Shown piece by piece: positions 39,121-52,939 of a stretch of DNA of 64,000 nucleotides. The position numbers were made by a program, and so were the translations under genes. Positions within the stretch are counted from its first letter, which is position 1. Each line of letters opens with the position of its first letter. The stretch is taken from NCBI RefSeq assembly GCF_018350175.1, contig NC_058368.1:209004001-209068000 (forward strand), given 5' to 3'. The notes under the pieces are model-generated. The model saw only the letters and a list, made by a program, of their open reading frames with translations. It was not told the origin of the DNA and searched no databases. The stretch is from Felis catus. Lineage: Eukaryota.

Positions 39121-41190
39121 ATAGGGCTAAGCCCACATCAGATCTTTTTTAACATACAGAAAAACTTGTATTTATACAATTCAGGAAAAGGACCAGGCCA
39201 TGGACTCACTTCCTAAACACCTGCCACACAGAGATAACATTCTCCACATTCATGGAGTCACTCACTGTAACCCTTGTACCAAAGGAAAGAGCTAAGAGAG
39301 TGCGTGAATAGAGCTAAATGAAGAGTTCTCCTGGCAAACACACGTAAATCTGGCAACGTCCTAAAAAGAAAATTAGACAAAAATGGAAAAATACTTTGTT
39401 ATGTGAAAACTGTTACTAGCAAGGTATTTTTCAGCAACCACAAAAACTATGCTGGGCTTGAATAGGTAAATAGAAACCAGACCAGATTACAGATAAGCTT
39501 AAAAGCATGCAGATATTCAAATCCAAGTGATATTACTGGGTGCACTTGATCCTTGGACTATGTGGCCTAGTTTTTCTGGATGACCCTCTAATTTCTGAAA
39601 AGTGCTACAGGATCCTCTTGACAACGACCTCTCCTAACTCCAGCATGGGAACTCTTAGCATTTCCGATGCGGATTTTAGAGACAAAGATAGAACACTGAG
39701 ACCTGCCAAGGCTGAAAAGGATATCACTTTCAAAGGTTAAAAAAATCCCTCCCCCCTTTTTTCTGATGACTACCCAATTACACAAGCCAGGCATGATAAC
39801 TGGGAGCAGTGAAAGAAGTCTTCTTATAGGCATGGACAAAACTGCCTGTTCAAACTCAATGAAAAATGTATGAGACACAGCAATAAAATTCATCTTTGGG
39901 GGAATGCACATGGAGTAGCTAATCTACCATGAAAAAAATTTTTTTTAATATAAAACAGAAAACTCAGAATCTAATTCTATTATTATTCTTATCAGGGGCC
40001 TATTTTGTGATATTTAAACAGCACAGCTTTTCACTTTTTAATTTTACATAAGAGCATCAAGTTTTACAAGATATTTATTCTTAAAACTCTGTAGGCAGAA
40101 CAAAATTTTGTAAAGTGAAACCCATTCTTCCTCCGAGAGCTATTATAAAATCCAACATGTGTATCTATATATAAGCATGTTCCTGAGACCGTGGATTTGG
40201 GTTATATTTTTGTGTACCACAATAAAAGCTGTAGCGTGCTGTCCACTTGTATGATATTTATTTTCCACCTGCTCAGTTGACATAGACTCCAACATCTCCT
40301 GTCAATACCCAGTAAAGGCAATGTTTTAGTCCTCTTGTTTATTTGCCATTTAAAAAGAACGTTTTGATTTTATATACAGAGGAGAAATATGAGGCAGGAA
40401 TCCAAAATAGGAGTCCTTGTTCAACCCCTGGGTTCTTCTAGTTTCTTAGCTGTTGAAAGTATTTGCCATTGCTTCTTACTACAGAGACAGTTTAAAAAAA
40501 AAAACAGGTATTTTTGGAATAGTCACAATAAACTACTATCATTTTCTTTTGGAGACCCCAGATTCTGTCATCACTTCCCAAGAAGAGTCAGAGAAGCCTT
40601 ATAGTAATGTTCCCCAAATAGATCTTTTTTTCCGGAATTCTTATGTAATCAATTTCACATCTCTTCCTTCTATACACCTGTTAGAATTTTATACAATAAC
40701 AGTCTTAGGATGATTCTGACAGTTCTTAGCTGAATTAAAAATCCTGGGTGAATTACAAATTAGATCTCTACATTAGCAGAATACTCAGTACAACAGCCAA
40801 CTTCAAAAAATATTCCCTTAACTCTCACTCTCAACACATAATTTAAACCAGGCAAAATTAGACTAATCTTGGATAATCACAGATTTGTGATTATTAATCT
40901 ACTGGTCAAACCATCAGGTGCCCAAAGTGACACAGCTTGCAGGAACCTTAAGAGCTTACATTAGTGAATAAATAAGCATGAACTATAAAGAATGTCAACT
41001 GTTTGTGAGCAATTTTTTTTCCCAAGAAAAACTGCAAAGTTTATTTTCAAGAATTTGAAACATTACTTCTATTATAACTGCTATGTAAGTACTTATTTGT
41101 ACTATGAAGGAAAGGTATTCTAAGCAAAGATAAATACAACCAAGTTCACTGTATTTATCCTAATTTGGGGGTTAAAAGAAAGAAACATTT

Positions 41191-41403
41191 GGGGCACCTG
41201 GGTGTCTCAGTCAGTTGGGCGTCCAACTTCAGCTCAGGTCACGATCTCATGGTTCGTGAGTTCGAGCCCCGTGTTAGGCTCTGTGCTGACAGCTCAGAGC
41301 CTGAAGCCTGCTTCAGATTCTGTGTCTCCCTCTCTCTCTGCCCCTCCCCCCACTCCCACTCTGCCTGTCTCTCTCAAAAATAAAGTTTTAAAAAATAAAA
41401 ATA
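41191..41403 (+). mobile_element. SINEC
   Basis: TSD aaagaaacattt at 41179-41190 and 41404-41415. Confidence 0.92.
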
Positions 41404-41694
41404 AAAGAAACATTTATCTCAAATTTTCAAAAACAAAAACAAGCAAAAAAAGGAGGTGGATTCAACAAAATTTTACTAAGCAATAGCAATTAACAATATA
41501 CTACTATGCTTAATTAAAGCATCCAGAGATGATAAACTATTGTTTACAACATGAGGAAACACATTAATACAATGCCATAAACATTTAATGATATAGAACT
41601 TAATTTACGTAATTTCATTAATATGAAGGATCAGTGATATTAAACTATTATTTATTTCATCTTTAATGCATCAGTTTAAAATTCACTAAGTAAC

Positions 41695-41890
41695 AAAGAG
41701 TACATTAGTGGTTGCCAGGGACTGAGGGAAAAGGAAAATGGGGAATAACTGCCAACAGGTATGGGGTTTCATTTAGGGGCAATAAAATGTTCTGAAACTT
41801 AAATGGTTGCACAAGTCTATGAATATCTAAAAAACACTGAATTGTATTCTTTAAAAGGGTAAACTTTGTGATATGTGAATTATAGTTCAA
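41695..41890 (+). mobile_element. Old L1 3'UTR fragment
   Basis: attagtggttgccaggg...ggtatggggtttc...aaaatgttctgaaactt...gatatgtgaattata. Confidence 0.8.
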
Positions 41891-44612
41891 AGTTATCGTA
41901 AAATAATGCTAAATATTTTCATTACCTATGTGAATTCCTAAAAAGAAAATAATTATTTATTCCAGGGTAATACACTAAGCATATTCAAATCTTCTATCTA
42001 TAAACTGCATTGTTTTTTATTTTCTAGGAAATTATCTCCCTGAAGTGTTACTCTAATGCTCTACGTAAACACACGCTACCAAAAATTCTTCAAAACGTAG
42101 AACTGACACTAACTATTGAAGATTTTCACACCTTGATAGACCCTTTAAAGACAAAAAAGTTTAAATTCCAGTGGGCTACATAATGTAAAGACACCTGTTT
42201 TCCTGGGAATTAACAGTTGTAAATACAGACAACATAAGCAATTTCGCACATCAAGCTGATGTGTAATAAAATAAATCTACTCAAGGTTCTTCTTTCAACA
42301 AGATAACAGACTCTAACGATAAATGACTACAGCTCATCTTGTTAAGATCAAAAGGGAATGACTTTTGCAGCAAAATATGCCTACCAGCTAAGCTATTTCA
42401 CCAGCTCAGTTACTAATGGCACAAAAGGAGTCTTGCATGAAGCAGCAAAAGGAAGAGAGAAGGGACTCTTTTTAAAAGACCTGATTTGTCCAGGTTGGAA
42501 ATTGCTTTCTAACTTTCACTTATTAGACTTTAGAGTTTATATCTCTGAATTGTGCTGATAAAATACACAATAATTTTTTTCCTTAACTTGCAAGCTCTCT
42601 GCAGACATCCTGAATACACCTAAACTGCAGTTATATTAACAGTTCTTATTGCTACCTTGTAACATATCAGAGTCAATTTGCCACAACTGGGACATCAAGA
42701 AAGAGCAAGACCTGTACGATCATCTTCTATGCTATCATATAAAATGTCAGATAAAGCAGTTCATTTTATGATGGTGTTATTTCTAAAGGGCTATAAAATC
42801 GTTTATTCTGTATTTAAATTTTAACCACAGGAGTTACTGCACATGTTTATGCATAAAAACCTGAGCTGCATGCACTCAAGTTGTCCTTGAAATAGAACAC
42901 AATCAGAAAAATGTCAACATCAATAGAAAAAAATCCTTTTTCAAATCATATTTTCATATTTTCATATAATTTTCATATTACAATGAAAAAAGCAAGTAGT
43001 TATTAGTGAAAATTAAAACAGTATAAACAGATCACCTAATCCTTTTTATATTATAAATTTTATCGTTAGACTGCACACAGATGTCATACCAATTGAAGCC
43101 TCAGAATTTCATCCTAAGAGAGGAAAAGGAAATGTTTTTTGAACTCCAATCTAAAGAGCTCAGCTTCTAAACTATCTAACATGGCCACATCTGAGCAATG
43201 CGGAAAATAAGCCTCAAAGCCATTAAGTAACTTGCAGATTCCAACCCCAAGGCCTCCACCTTTTCTAGAATATCATTTTAAAGAATAAAGGAAAATTTCC
43301 ACTTAATTACACAAAATTTAAATATGAATTTGGTGTCATCTACTCATATGCTGACCACAGGACCCTGAGTATATCTTGGGTGTCTATATGAGGGGTACCT
43401 AAAGCACTTCCCCTCTCCCACTCCTTCAAATGCCCGTGTCTTCTTGCCACAGCTTCCCCCAACCTTAATTCTCTAAATCTGTGAGTTCTTTTTTCCTTTT
43501 CCACATGAACATATGAAATAATTTTTATATATGTAAATAGCAAGTGTACTTAAAACTTCAGATGCTATCTTTATATTAAAAGGGAGAACTTTTTTTAGCT
43601 TATTGCTTAAAAATGCAATATGTCATAATATAATATAAACTATAATAAAATGAATCCTACCCACCATAGGATTAAGCTTTGCTACTACAATGAGACCTGC
43701 TTTATAAAAATAACCTTCATAATGATATGGCCTGTTGCCGAGACCCTCCTACGGCAGATCCTGTCCTTGTTGGGGACAAAACAAGCCTTAGCACCATGCC
43801 AACATAACAGCTGCCAAAAATGAATTCTTCCTAATTCTGGAGAACTGTCACTCCAATTCCCCACCAAGGTAGTGAACATTGTTTGTTGTGACCATGTTTC
43901 TTATACAAATATTTTATACAACTTTAATTAAACAGTTGTTTTAGCACAGTGGCGGCCATCTCTATCATACTGGTCAGTAAGGAAGACTTTATTTCTAAAA
44001 GAATTTAGAAATATGGATTTAGAGATTGACCAAACTAATCTTCTCTCTCAGGTTTCTGTATTATTAACTTCTATTTTTCTAGAACTTTGAGAGGGGCTAC
44101 AGAGAATATAGGAAATTCAAAATATCCCTTCTTTCGTGGCACTTAAAGTAATATTTAAAGAGATAATATAACAGATGTTATATTAAGTACCACTTAAGCA
44201 GATGGTACTATAGACTTTATTTCCTAATAATCTTTTTCCTGCAATACCCAGAAGGTGAGACAGGGTGAATCTACAGTAGCCAATCACAGTCATCCTTCTT
44301 AGCCTCCTTCTTAGCAGATCTCCTCACCCCGCCCCCCACAACACTATGTGTAATAGACCACTTGTCCCAAGTATGCGGTTGACAAAGTAACAGGGAACGT
44401 ATGCATGAACTTGCCAGTTATAAGAGCTATATACCACATGGCTTGCTCAGTCGAAGCCAATGCCTGACTACATAAACTGCTTTAAGTTGTATTTTTTTTT
44501 CCTCAAGACTGATTTCCATAAGTCTTGTTCAGGTACTAAAATAAATGATAAATAGCTGGTGGGGGTGTCCTGGAAAGGTCCAGTGACCTCAATTGTCACA
44601 AAGCTTCTAACA

Positions 44613-44819
44613 GAGGTACCTGGGTGGCTCAGTCGGTTAAGCATAGATTCTTGATTTTGGCTCAGGTCATGATCTCACACCCGTGAGATCAAGCCCCACA
44701 TGGGGCTTTGCACTGGGCATGGAGCCTGCTTGAGATTCTTCTCCCTCTGCCCCTCCCATCTGTGCACGTGCTCTCTCCCTCTCTCTCTCTCTTAAAAAAA
44801 AAAAAAAAAAAAAAAAAAG
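44613..44819 (+). mobile_element. SINEC with long pure polyA
   Basis: TSD caaagcttctaaca at 44599-44612 and 44820-44833. Confidence 0.92.
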
Positions 44820-45447
44820 CAAAGCTTCTAACATGACTAGTCTCTACTTTTTATAATGATCTATTAATGCATCTCAGTTCATTTATAATTTGAGACATGC
44901 ACTGCCTTAATTTGAATAAATTACTGGAAGAATCAGCAATAGCTAAGAAATACAAATTTGTGTTCAAAGGGCACATATTTGAAAGATTGGAAACAGCACA
45001 AAAGATAAAGAAAGGTGTCAATCTGATATAGACAGGTAATAGTTCATATCTGACTTAGCAGACAGACTCTCATGATTGACTTGAAGTTAGGATTCTGGGG
45101 AGAAGATACACTGTAGTTTATAACCATACATCTTAACACAAGAAGCTACACTAGATGACCTAGCTGTCAATAAAACTGTGTAACTTTAAACAAGGGAAAA
45201 TATATGGCACAATATGTCAAAGAGAAGCCTTGGGATAAAGAGAATCTTTCATTGAAAGGTAGTGCTTGCTCTATAATGATTTTGAAGAATACCTGGCTCT
45301 GACTGAATCCCCCAAACCACTACAATATTATCATTTTACAATATTTGCATCAAAAATAAATGTAGTGTCTGTACCTCCCAATCTTAAGTTAGATAAACTC
45401 ATAATTCAAGTTACTTTGGGAATACTTAGGTATTAACAGGTTGTCTT

Positions 45448-45643
45448 TTTTTTTTTTAATGTTTACTTATGTTTGAAAGAGAGAGGGTGATCAGGGGAGG
45501 GGTAGAGGGAGAAGGGAAGAAAGGATCCAAGTGGCTCTACGCTGAGAGCAGGGAGCCCCTTGCAGGGCTCAAACTCAAGAACCGCGAGATCATAACCTGA
45601 GCCAAAGTCAGAGACTCAACTGACTGAGTGACTCAGGTGCCCC
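45448..45643 (-). mobile_element. SINEC (older)
   Basis: Reverse SINEC; degenerate TSD ggtt(g/t)tctt. Confidence 0.88.
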
Positions 45644-46037
45644 TGGTTTTCTTGGTTTTAAATTCTGCCCATTATTAGTTTTGCTTATACTAGCTAACTA
45701 AAGTATCAAAATTTTCTTCTACTATCAAAAATAAAGTATGTAAAAAACTATAAAAGATATCTTCTAAAAGTTAAGCATAAGTATAAACACAATAAAAGTT
45801 TCATCAGTCAAAGCAAAACAAAATATATAAAAGAGGTGAAATTTTTTACGGTAAGAAAAACAAAATGCATTTAGTGTTAGTAAAGGGCAACAAGAGTCAA
45901 TCGCTAATCTCTGAAGGCTTTCAAAAAGCCTTTTTTATTTCTATTTATTAATTCATTTTGGCAATCAAATAACACCCAAATAAATCAGTACTTCATATGA
46001 CTTTACAGGAGTATGCTCTGGGTTAATATTTGTTGCC

Positions 46038-46150
46038 GAGAGAGATGAAGGAGGAAGAAGATGTGTGAAGGAAAAGGAAGAAGGGAGGAAAGGAGGAGAA
46101 GAAGAAAGTGGAGTGGGAAGAGAGGAAAAAAGGAGAAAAGGGAAGAATAA
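46038..46150. repeat. GA-rich low-complexity tract
   Basis: Almost pure purine on the plus strand. Confidence 0.85.
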
Positions 46151-47199
46151 ATGACAAGTGATAAAGTGATAAATTATTAATGTTCTAAGTAAGGGGTGGG
46201 GTCGGGAGCAGGGGCAGGTATAACCCCAAAAACAGGCAACAGAATTGGGCCTACTGGTCTACCGCCGTGGAGCCACCTACTTTTCTCTAGAGAGGGAGTA
46301 AAAATTAATCTCTATGAGTAATATCAATGGCTGGAAGATAATGGAGAACAGGGAAATACACTTTCACCAAGAAGGAGGTAGTTATAAATCAAAGAAAAAT
46401 ATTAAATATTCTGAGTTCAAAACAAAAAATTTGAGGTCAACAGATATTAACATGGCATCCACATGTAATTCATCAACTTTAAAAAGTAAACCACACACTA
46501 TGTCTGAAAATCTAGACAGACTATATCATAGTAAGTATTTCTAAATACATGCCTGATAGCTCTGAAAATACAGATTTTCAAAGCGCTTTCTTTGCATCTA
46601 AAAATGACTGAAATTCTTATACTACATATAATATTATATAACGTTACTACTGCTAATGGAACTTAAATATCCAAGGCAGTTGACTTTAATTTAGAGTGAA
46701 ACAGAGTGGTCATGCTAGTTTTTATAGGAATTGTAATATTCTTGAATATTACTAATGTTAAGAAATTAATATAATTATAAATTAATATACATAATACATA
46801 ATATATCTCAAAACAAATTCTAAGTGGAAATCTAAATTAGATGCTCACACAATGTAAATATAAATAATTCATTTTTTATAGTCAATTATAATTATATAGT
46901 CAACTCTTATGAGATAGATTACCTGATGTATACATTAGTCATGGAAAATATGTTAATTTAATAAAATATTTAGAATTACCATGAATCAGAGGAAAATCCT
47001 TATTAGATGTGCCTAAGATCTGAAACTATATAGTTACCAAAGACTCACCACTGACCCCATTACAACTTTGAAACTTTCCTCCTACCACTAAGACTATGGC
47101 ACTTCCCACCTTTAGCAAGTATATCCCCAGCACAACGCGATGATTTCAGATTTCCACACAAAAAGTAGCAGAGGAAGAGAAGAAAAAAAGGAAAATTGT

Positions 47200-47290
47200 C
47201 CCATCTGTCTTGTTATGAGAGAATTAAATGAGTTAATGCATACAAAGTGTTCAGAAGAATGCATCTGGCACGTAGCAAGCATTCAGCAAC
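47200..47290 (+). mobile_element. MIR fragment
   Basis: gttatgagagaattaaatgagttaatgcatacaaagtgttcagaa...tggcacgtag. Confidence 0.7.
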
Positions 47291-49641
47291 ACTGACTACT
47301 TCCCTCGCACAAAAACAGAGTTTTACAAAAGTCCTAGTCTCCATAAACTATCTAGGAAGAATAAATAGCCCATATTTGGTATACTCATGGTTGATCTATT
47401 CAGGGTCAGGGCTTGCCTATGCTCTTCAAGGCCCTTCATCATTAATTACAACAGCTACTTGGGTGGTCATTAACATCAGTAATTTTGTGAAGCTTTTTTC
47501 AAAATTAACTTCATAAATGTCAAGCACTAGTTTTGCTGTTTTGAAACAAGAGCTGACTTTTCATGCTGGCTGCTCATACATTTCATTCCATAATACAAGT
47601 ACCACCAGATAAAGCCTATTCAATTAACCTTTTCTTTGCAAAGTTACTCAGGTTATGTCTAAAAACAAAATCTCAATTATTTCATTTCTAATATATAATT
47701 TTATGTCAGAAAGGAACTAAACATATTAAATCCAGTGAAACCCCTTGATAATACTCCCTTCCTTAACACTAATGTGGATATAAAGCAATTGGTGGTTGGT
47801 TTCCATCCTCCACAACAGGCTTACCCCAGTCATTTCATCAATCTTACAATAACATGTCTGTGTTTAATGGCATCCCACCAAACTGAATTATTTGTGGTTC
47901 CATTTACAGCATTACGGGAGATTTTGCCATATCAGAAATTGACACATAACATTTTTCAGTTAGAATGCCACACAAAGGAATTTACTTTGACTCTCAAATT
48001 TAGTTAGTATCATCTGAAAATGGGTTACATTGTTCCCTCTCTCCAAGCCTGACCAGCCCACCCTTCCTATTTTCCCCTAATCACTACTGTAATTTCTCAC
48101 AGTCTCAGGATATCTGCCTATATAAAACAGATATTAACAGGTATTTTTAAAAGAATTTAACATCTGACTAAAATTACAAAATGAATTAAAGGAGCATTAA
48201 AAAGAGCGCTCAGCTGAAAAATGTGAAGAAAGCATTAATGAAAAAAGCATTTGGAATTTCACAACATTGATGAGTTTGTTTAAGACCAAAGACTGCTAAA
48301 AGAAAATGTCATTTGTGAATGAAGACCATATAATGTTATGTTTATTATGATGCAAATATATAATCTAAACGTTTTGATTATAAGTGCTAGAAGAGCAACA
48401 GAATATTAAAAAAAAAAAAAAATCCCAGAATCAGTAAACTAACAAGTTTTTCCAATAATTTTTATGTCCAAAATAAGATAAATTAAGGAAATCCCTCTGG
48501 GATATTCTACCTACTTCTCTGATGGGTCATATTACAGGATACAAAATGGATGGTAGTAACTATCACAGAATTGGTCAAATCATATATTCAGTCAAAGAAC
48601 TAGCACACACACAAAAATTATTTATCAAGTGAGACTTGTTTTCCAAACACGTTTCTGCATCTAAATGTGAACAGTGATAATAAGTATTATTTTTTTAAAA
48701 AAGGAAGAAAATCCAAAATATGGAATAAGTTACAAGAGTAATAACATTCAACACACTATTTACAATAAAGAAAAACAGATGACAATGCATTGGTAAATTA
48801 TGCTACTTAAAACTCAGTATTATGCCACAACTGGAAACTAGAGTAATAAAAAGTACCTCACAGCAGGGAAAAGGTTTTAGTATACATTGATATAGTTTTG
48901 ATATAAAGTTACAGGGGGAAAAAAGTAAGATTTTGTGTAAGCTATAATTATAGCTATATTCAAGTACAGATAAAAATAAGGTATTTCCTCCTTAAAACAT
49001 TAATAGTTATATTACAGTAAGGCGAATCAATAGGTGAAGGCTTGCTTCTCTGAACTAAGATTTCTTCAATGTTGTTAAACATACACCTGTATTTTTTTTT
49101 AATTAAGCAATAAGGAAATACAAAGGTCACTAGAAAAAAAATGGCATAAACTTATAACTTCAAAACCTTGAGAAATTTGTTTGTCAACCTAAGCATTTGA
49201 GAACTTCATCTCTTACCATGTTTGTATTATCAGAATATTGTGTGATGGAAGTAGGGATAAGATACAATTTATTTAATGCTTATAGTTAACTATTCATAAC
49301 TAATAATTGTTAATATGTGTTTGAAGATTCTATGAAAAAATATTAACTCATATCACTACATTATACTAATTATTCTGTGAACCAGGTTGGACTTTTCTGG
49401 TCAAATCCTATGAATTTTTCTAATGCATGTACTGTCTGCAGTTCTAGCAGCCGCTATTAGGTGGTACCTGTTAACGGGAACAAAGGCCCAGAAGAAGAAA
49501 AGATGTAAAGCACACGATACAATTACATAAACAAAAGACCACTCTATCAGTAATCATCATAACAAAATGCAGCTAACTATTCACTGTAAGATATGCTTCG
49601 CTATATAAAAAATATATAATTTTTAAAAATACAAACAAATA

Positions 49642-49786
49642 GGGGTGCCTGGGTGGCTCAGTCGGTTGAGCATCGGACTCTTGATTTAGGCTCAGGTCAT
49701 GATCCCAGGGTCATGGGATCAAGCCCTGCATCAGCGTGGAGCCTGCTTAAGATTCTCTCTCAGTCTCTGCCTCTTTTTGCCGCTCA

Positions 49787-49829
<43 letters not shown>

Positions 49830-49838
49830 ACAAAATAA
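49642..49838 (+). mobile_element. SINEC (older) with (CT)n
   Basis: SINEC sequence; TSD aaaaatacaaa. Confidence 0.9.
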
Positions 49839-50589
49839 AAAATACAAATAATTCTCTAACACATATTAACCTTTATTTTTTTATAGTAAGTTCTTAAAAG
49901 ATCTGCAACTGATATCCTAGAAGGTAACAGCTAGACTTTCTTCTGTTCTCTGCTTCTGCTTATTCTCGCCTTGCTATGCCCATTTTTAGACTTCCAGGCT
50001 TCAGAGCTTGGTATGCTATCCTATTGGTGCCTAAAATTATTTTCCCTTAAAAACACTTGCCTAGAAGACTTCTATTCATCCTTCAACACAAATTCACATA
50101 TTATTTCCTTGTGAAGCCTCCCTTGATCACCCAAGCAACATCTTCCTCCAAACCTGTCACAGAGTTCGAGGCAGGTGGACCTAGGTATAGTACATTTTTA
50201 CACCTCTAACACATGTATTTTAGAAGCCAGGAAGCCTGGCCTATGACCAGGATTAAATCAGCCTGTAAAGCCAGCCAGTTCTTTACAGGCCAAGATCTGG
50301 CAGAGTCAGGCTCACAATTTTCCACAATAACTCTTAAACAGTTATATGACTTAGTAGTTATCTTAGCTATCTTTGGTGGCATTAGCCAAATAGGAACACT
50401 CTGAATGTATAAATAAAAGGCATATTGCACTAAACGAGCTGCAAAGTTAGCATCCTTGTAGCTTATGAAAGGTTTGCAAGTTAATTAACCAAATGAATCA
50501 ACTGTGGAAGGCTGTTGTTAAAGCAGTATGTCCATAATCCCTCTAAGAAAGATACAAACTTTTCAACAACACTAACGATAACAACACTA

Positions 50590-50812
50590 ATAGCAGCAAA
50601 TAACTTAGGGAGTGCTACTAGAGACAGACACTATCCTAAGCACTTCAGGGATATAAATTCATTTAGTGCTCAACCCCAATTACAGAAGACAAAACAGAGG
50701 TACAAAGATACAAAATAATTTGCCAGAAGACACACAGCTAGCAAATGGCAGAGCCTGGATTCAAGACTGCATAGCCTGACTCCAGCGTCCATGCTGCACA
50801 TTTTACTGCCTT
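50590..50812 (-). mobile_element. MIR
   Basis: taatttgccagaagacacacagctagcaaatggcagagcctggattcaa. Confidence 0.8.
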
Positions 50813-51288
50813 ATAACTAAAGTAAAAATTTAATGTTTGTTAAGCCTGAAGAAAAGACACAATGGCGGTGAACTCGTGACCATGTCTTTTACCCAAAAAA
50901 GAGAATGCTTCCCCATAGTAGGAAATACACTATATTAAGATCTAGCACATGTACACACTCAATTATCCCCCACACCTCCTTCCCACATATCACTGAAGCC
51001 AAAATTTCAGGAAACTACTGTGACAAAGTCTGACAATTTCTACTCCATTTTGTTAAAAAAAAAAATGCTGGTTGTAACCCAAAAAAGGGTCTCACAGTGC
51101 AGTCTGGGAAACACTTCACTACCCCAAGATCAGCTTTACTATGCAACCATCTCTTCTGAAGGAAGATATAAATAGAATACATATTATTGTTGTGGGCATA
51201 AACTAAAGCTAGTGAGGGGACATGGTATAATGGATCCAGACATGAGTTCCAGTTCCTGCTCCATCCCTAAATAGATATGTCACTTTCT

Positions 51289-51508
51289 GGGGCGCCTGGG
51301 TGGCGCAGTCGGTTAAGCGTCCGACTTCAGCCAGGTCACGATCTCGCGGTCCGTGAGTTCGAGCCCCGCGTCAGGCTCTGGGCTGATGGCTCAGAGCCTG
51401 GAGCCTGTTTCCGATTCTGTGTCTCCCTCTCTCTCTGCCCCTCCCCCGTTCATGCTCTGTCTCTCTCTGTCCCAAAAATAAATAAACGTTGAAAAAAAAT
51501 TAAAAAAA
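51289..51508 (+). mobile_element. Young felid SINEC subfamily copy inside a MIR
   Basis: Perfect 20-bp TSD aaatagatatgtcactttct at 51269-51288 and 51509-51528. Confidence 0.96.
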
Positions 51509-52939
51509 AAATAGATATGTCACTTTCTTCTTCGACCCAATGCTGGCAGGATTAAGTGAGACACAATATATAAAGCTCCTGGCTGATAACATATGTAAAG
51601 GGCTATTTTCTTCCCCTCACACCAGCTCTTGGAGTTTACATCTGCTGGTTTAAAGTAGCTTTCATAAAAGCTACTTTATTTTGAAATAGGAAAAGATTGA
51701 GAAACTGATAACTATGACTTACTTATTGAAGACTCAAGTACCATCCTATCTAGAAAAAGCTTTCTTTGCAAGGTGACTGAGCTAATTCCGAGGCTGAAAA
51801 CCTGGGAAAATCCTGCTCTTGCACTATGCGACCTGTGTCTCTTAGCAAAAGAAGGCTTCATGTTCCTCTGAAGAAACAATCCAGAATGAGTTACCCCATC
51901 CCTTTATGTAAAACATAGTGTTATAGGTGCCCAATGATCCCAAGAGACTAGCAAATACCTCGGAAAGTAAGCAGCATGTTGTATTTATTTCTGTGCAATC
52001 AGCTCAAAACATGGTGCCTAATGCAGGGCCTAACCCACAACCATAGATGGAAAATAAATGTTTGCTAAGCCTAACTGAAGAAAATTTTTCAGCTATGGCC
52101 TATAGGGAAAAGATCCACCAAATGCAAACCTGCTTCATCTGTTTCATTTGTGTACAGCTCCCTTTTTGCCTCTTCTTCCAGCATTCCCACAGTAAATATT
52201 TTACACCGCCACTGTTTTCACTCTGCCTTCCTAATCAAATCTACTTAGCATTAACTTATTCTCTGTAGTTTTGGAATTGTTCTTCACATGGATAACTGGT
52301 ATTTCTTGAAAATCCAGAATTAAATTAATCTAGTCAAGGATTTTTTTTTTTTTTTTTAACAGATAAGGACACTGGTCCAGGTGGTGGACTAACACGTTGC
52401 TCTAACAGATAGCAGATGACAGACGTTGAGTTGATCGGTGTTCCAAACTTTGTACTATAGTAACAGCAAACCAGACCTTATATACTTTAAGTGCATTTGG
52501 GTGAAGGTAAAACAAAAACAAAAACAGAATAAGTGAAAGTAAACTTGCAATGAGCACCAACTATGTGCCCAAGTACTGTGCTTTCTGTGTATTATCAAAT
52601 TTAAAGCGTGTAACCAACCTACAAAGTTGTACAAATATTTATCTTGTAAATTCTCTGGGTGATATGAAAAAACATAGAGCTTTTAAAATATACATAGCAA
52701 TTTCTCTGCCAATGCTTACATACTAAATCTCACTAGATTGTACTAATCAGAGTAGTCCAATATGAGTTGCTGAAAATGCTGAGTTACATATTTTGAAGAA
52801 ATCTAGTAAACATAGAACTTTTCATCGCATGTCACCAATAGAATTAAACTATGCATTATGGCAAAGAAATCCTTTAAAGATGGTAATGGATGGCAATTTA
52901 ACAAAATGCATCAATAGCCATTAAACTCTTCACATACCA

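Noticed and set aside
39540..39911. Short ORFs as a possible extra exon or retrogene
   Set aside because: No recognisable protein similarity and no convincing splice sites.
40873..40894. Small hairpins (ataatcaca-gatt-tgtgattat; also ggatttag...ctaaatcc near 59831)
   Set aside because: 8-9 bp stems are expected by chance in 64 kb of AT-rich DNA and are too short for a pre-miRNA.
49449..49468. CTCF-like motif ccgctattaggtggtac
   Set aside because: Several mismatches at core positions; not supportable without ChIP data.
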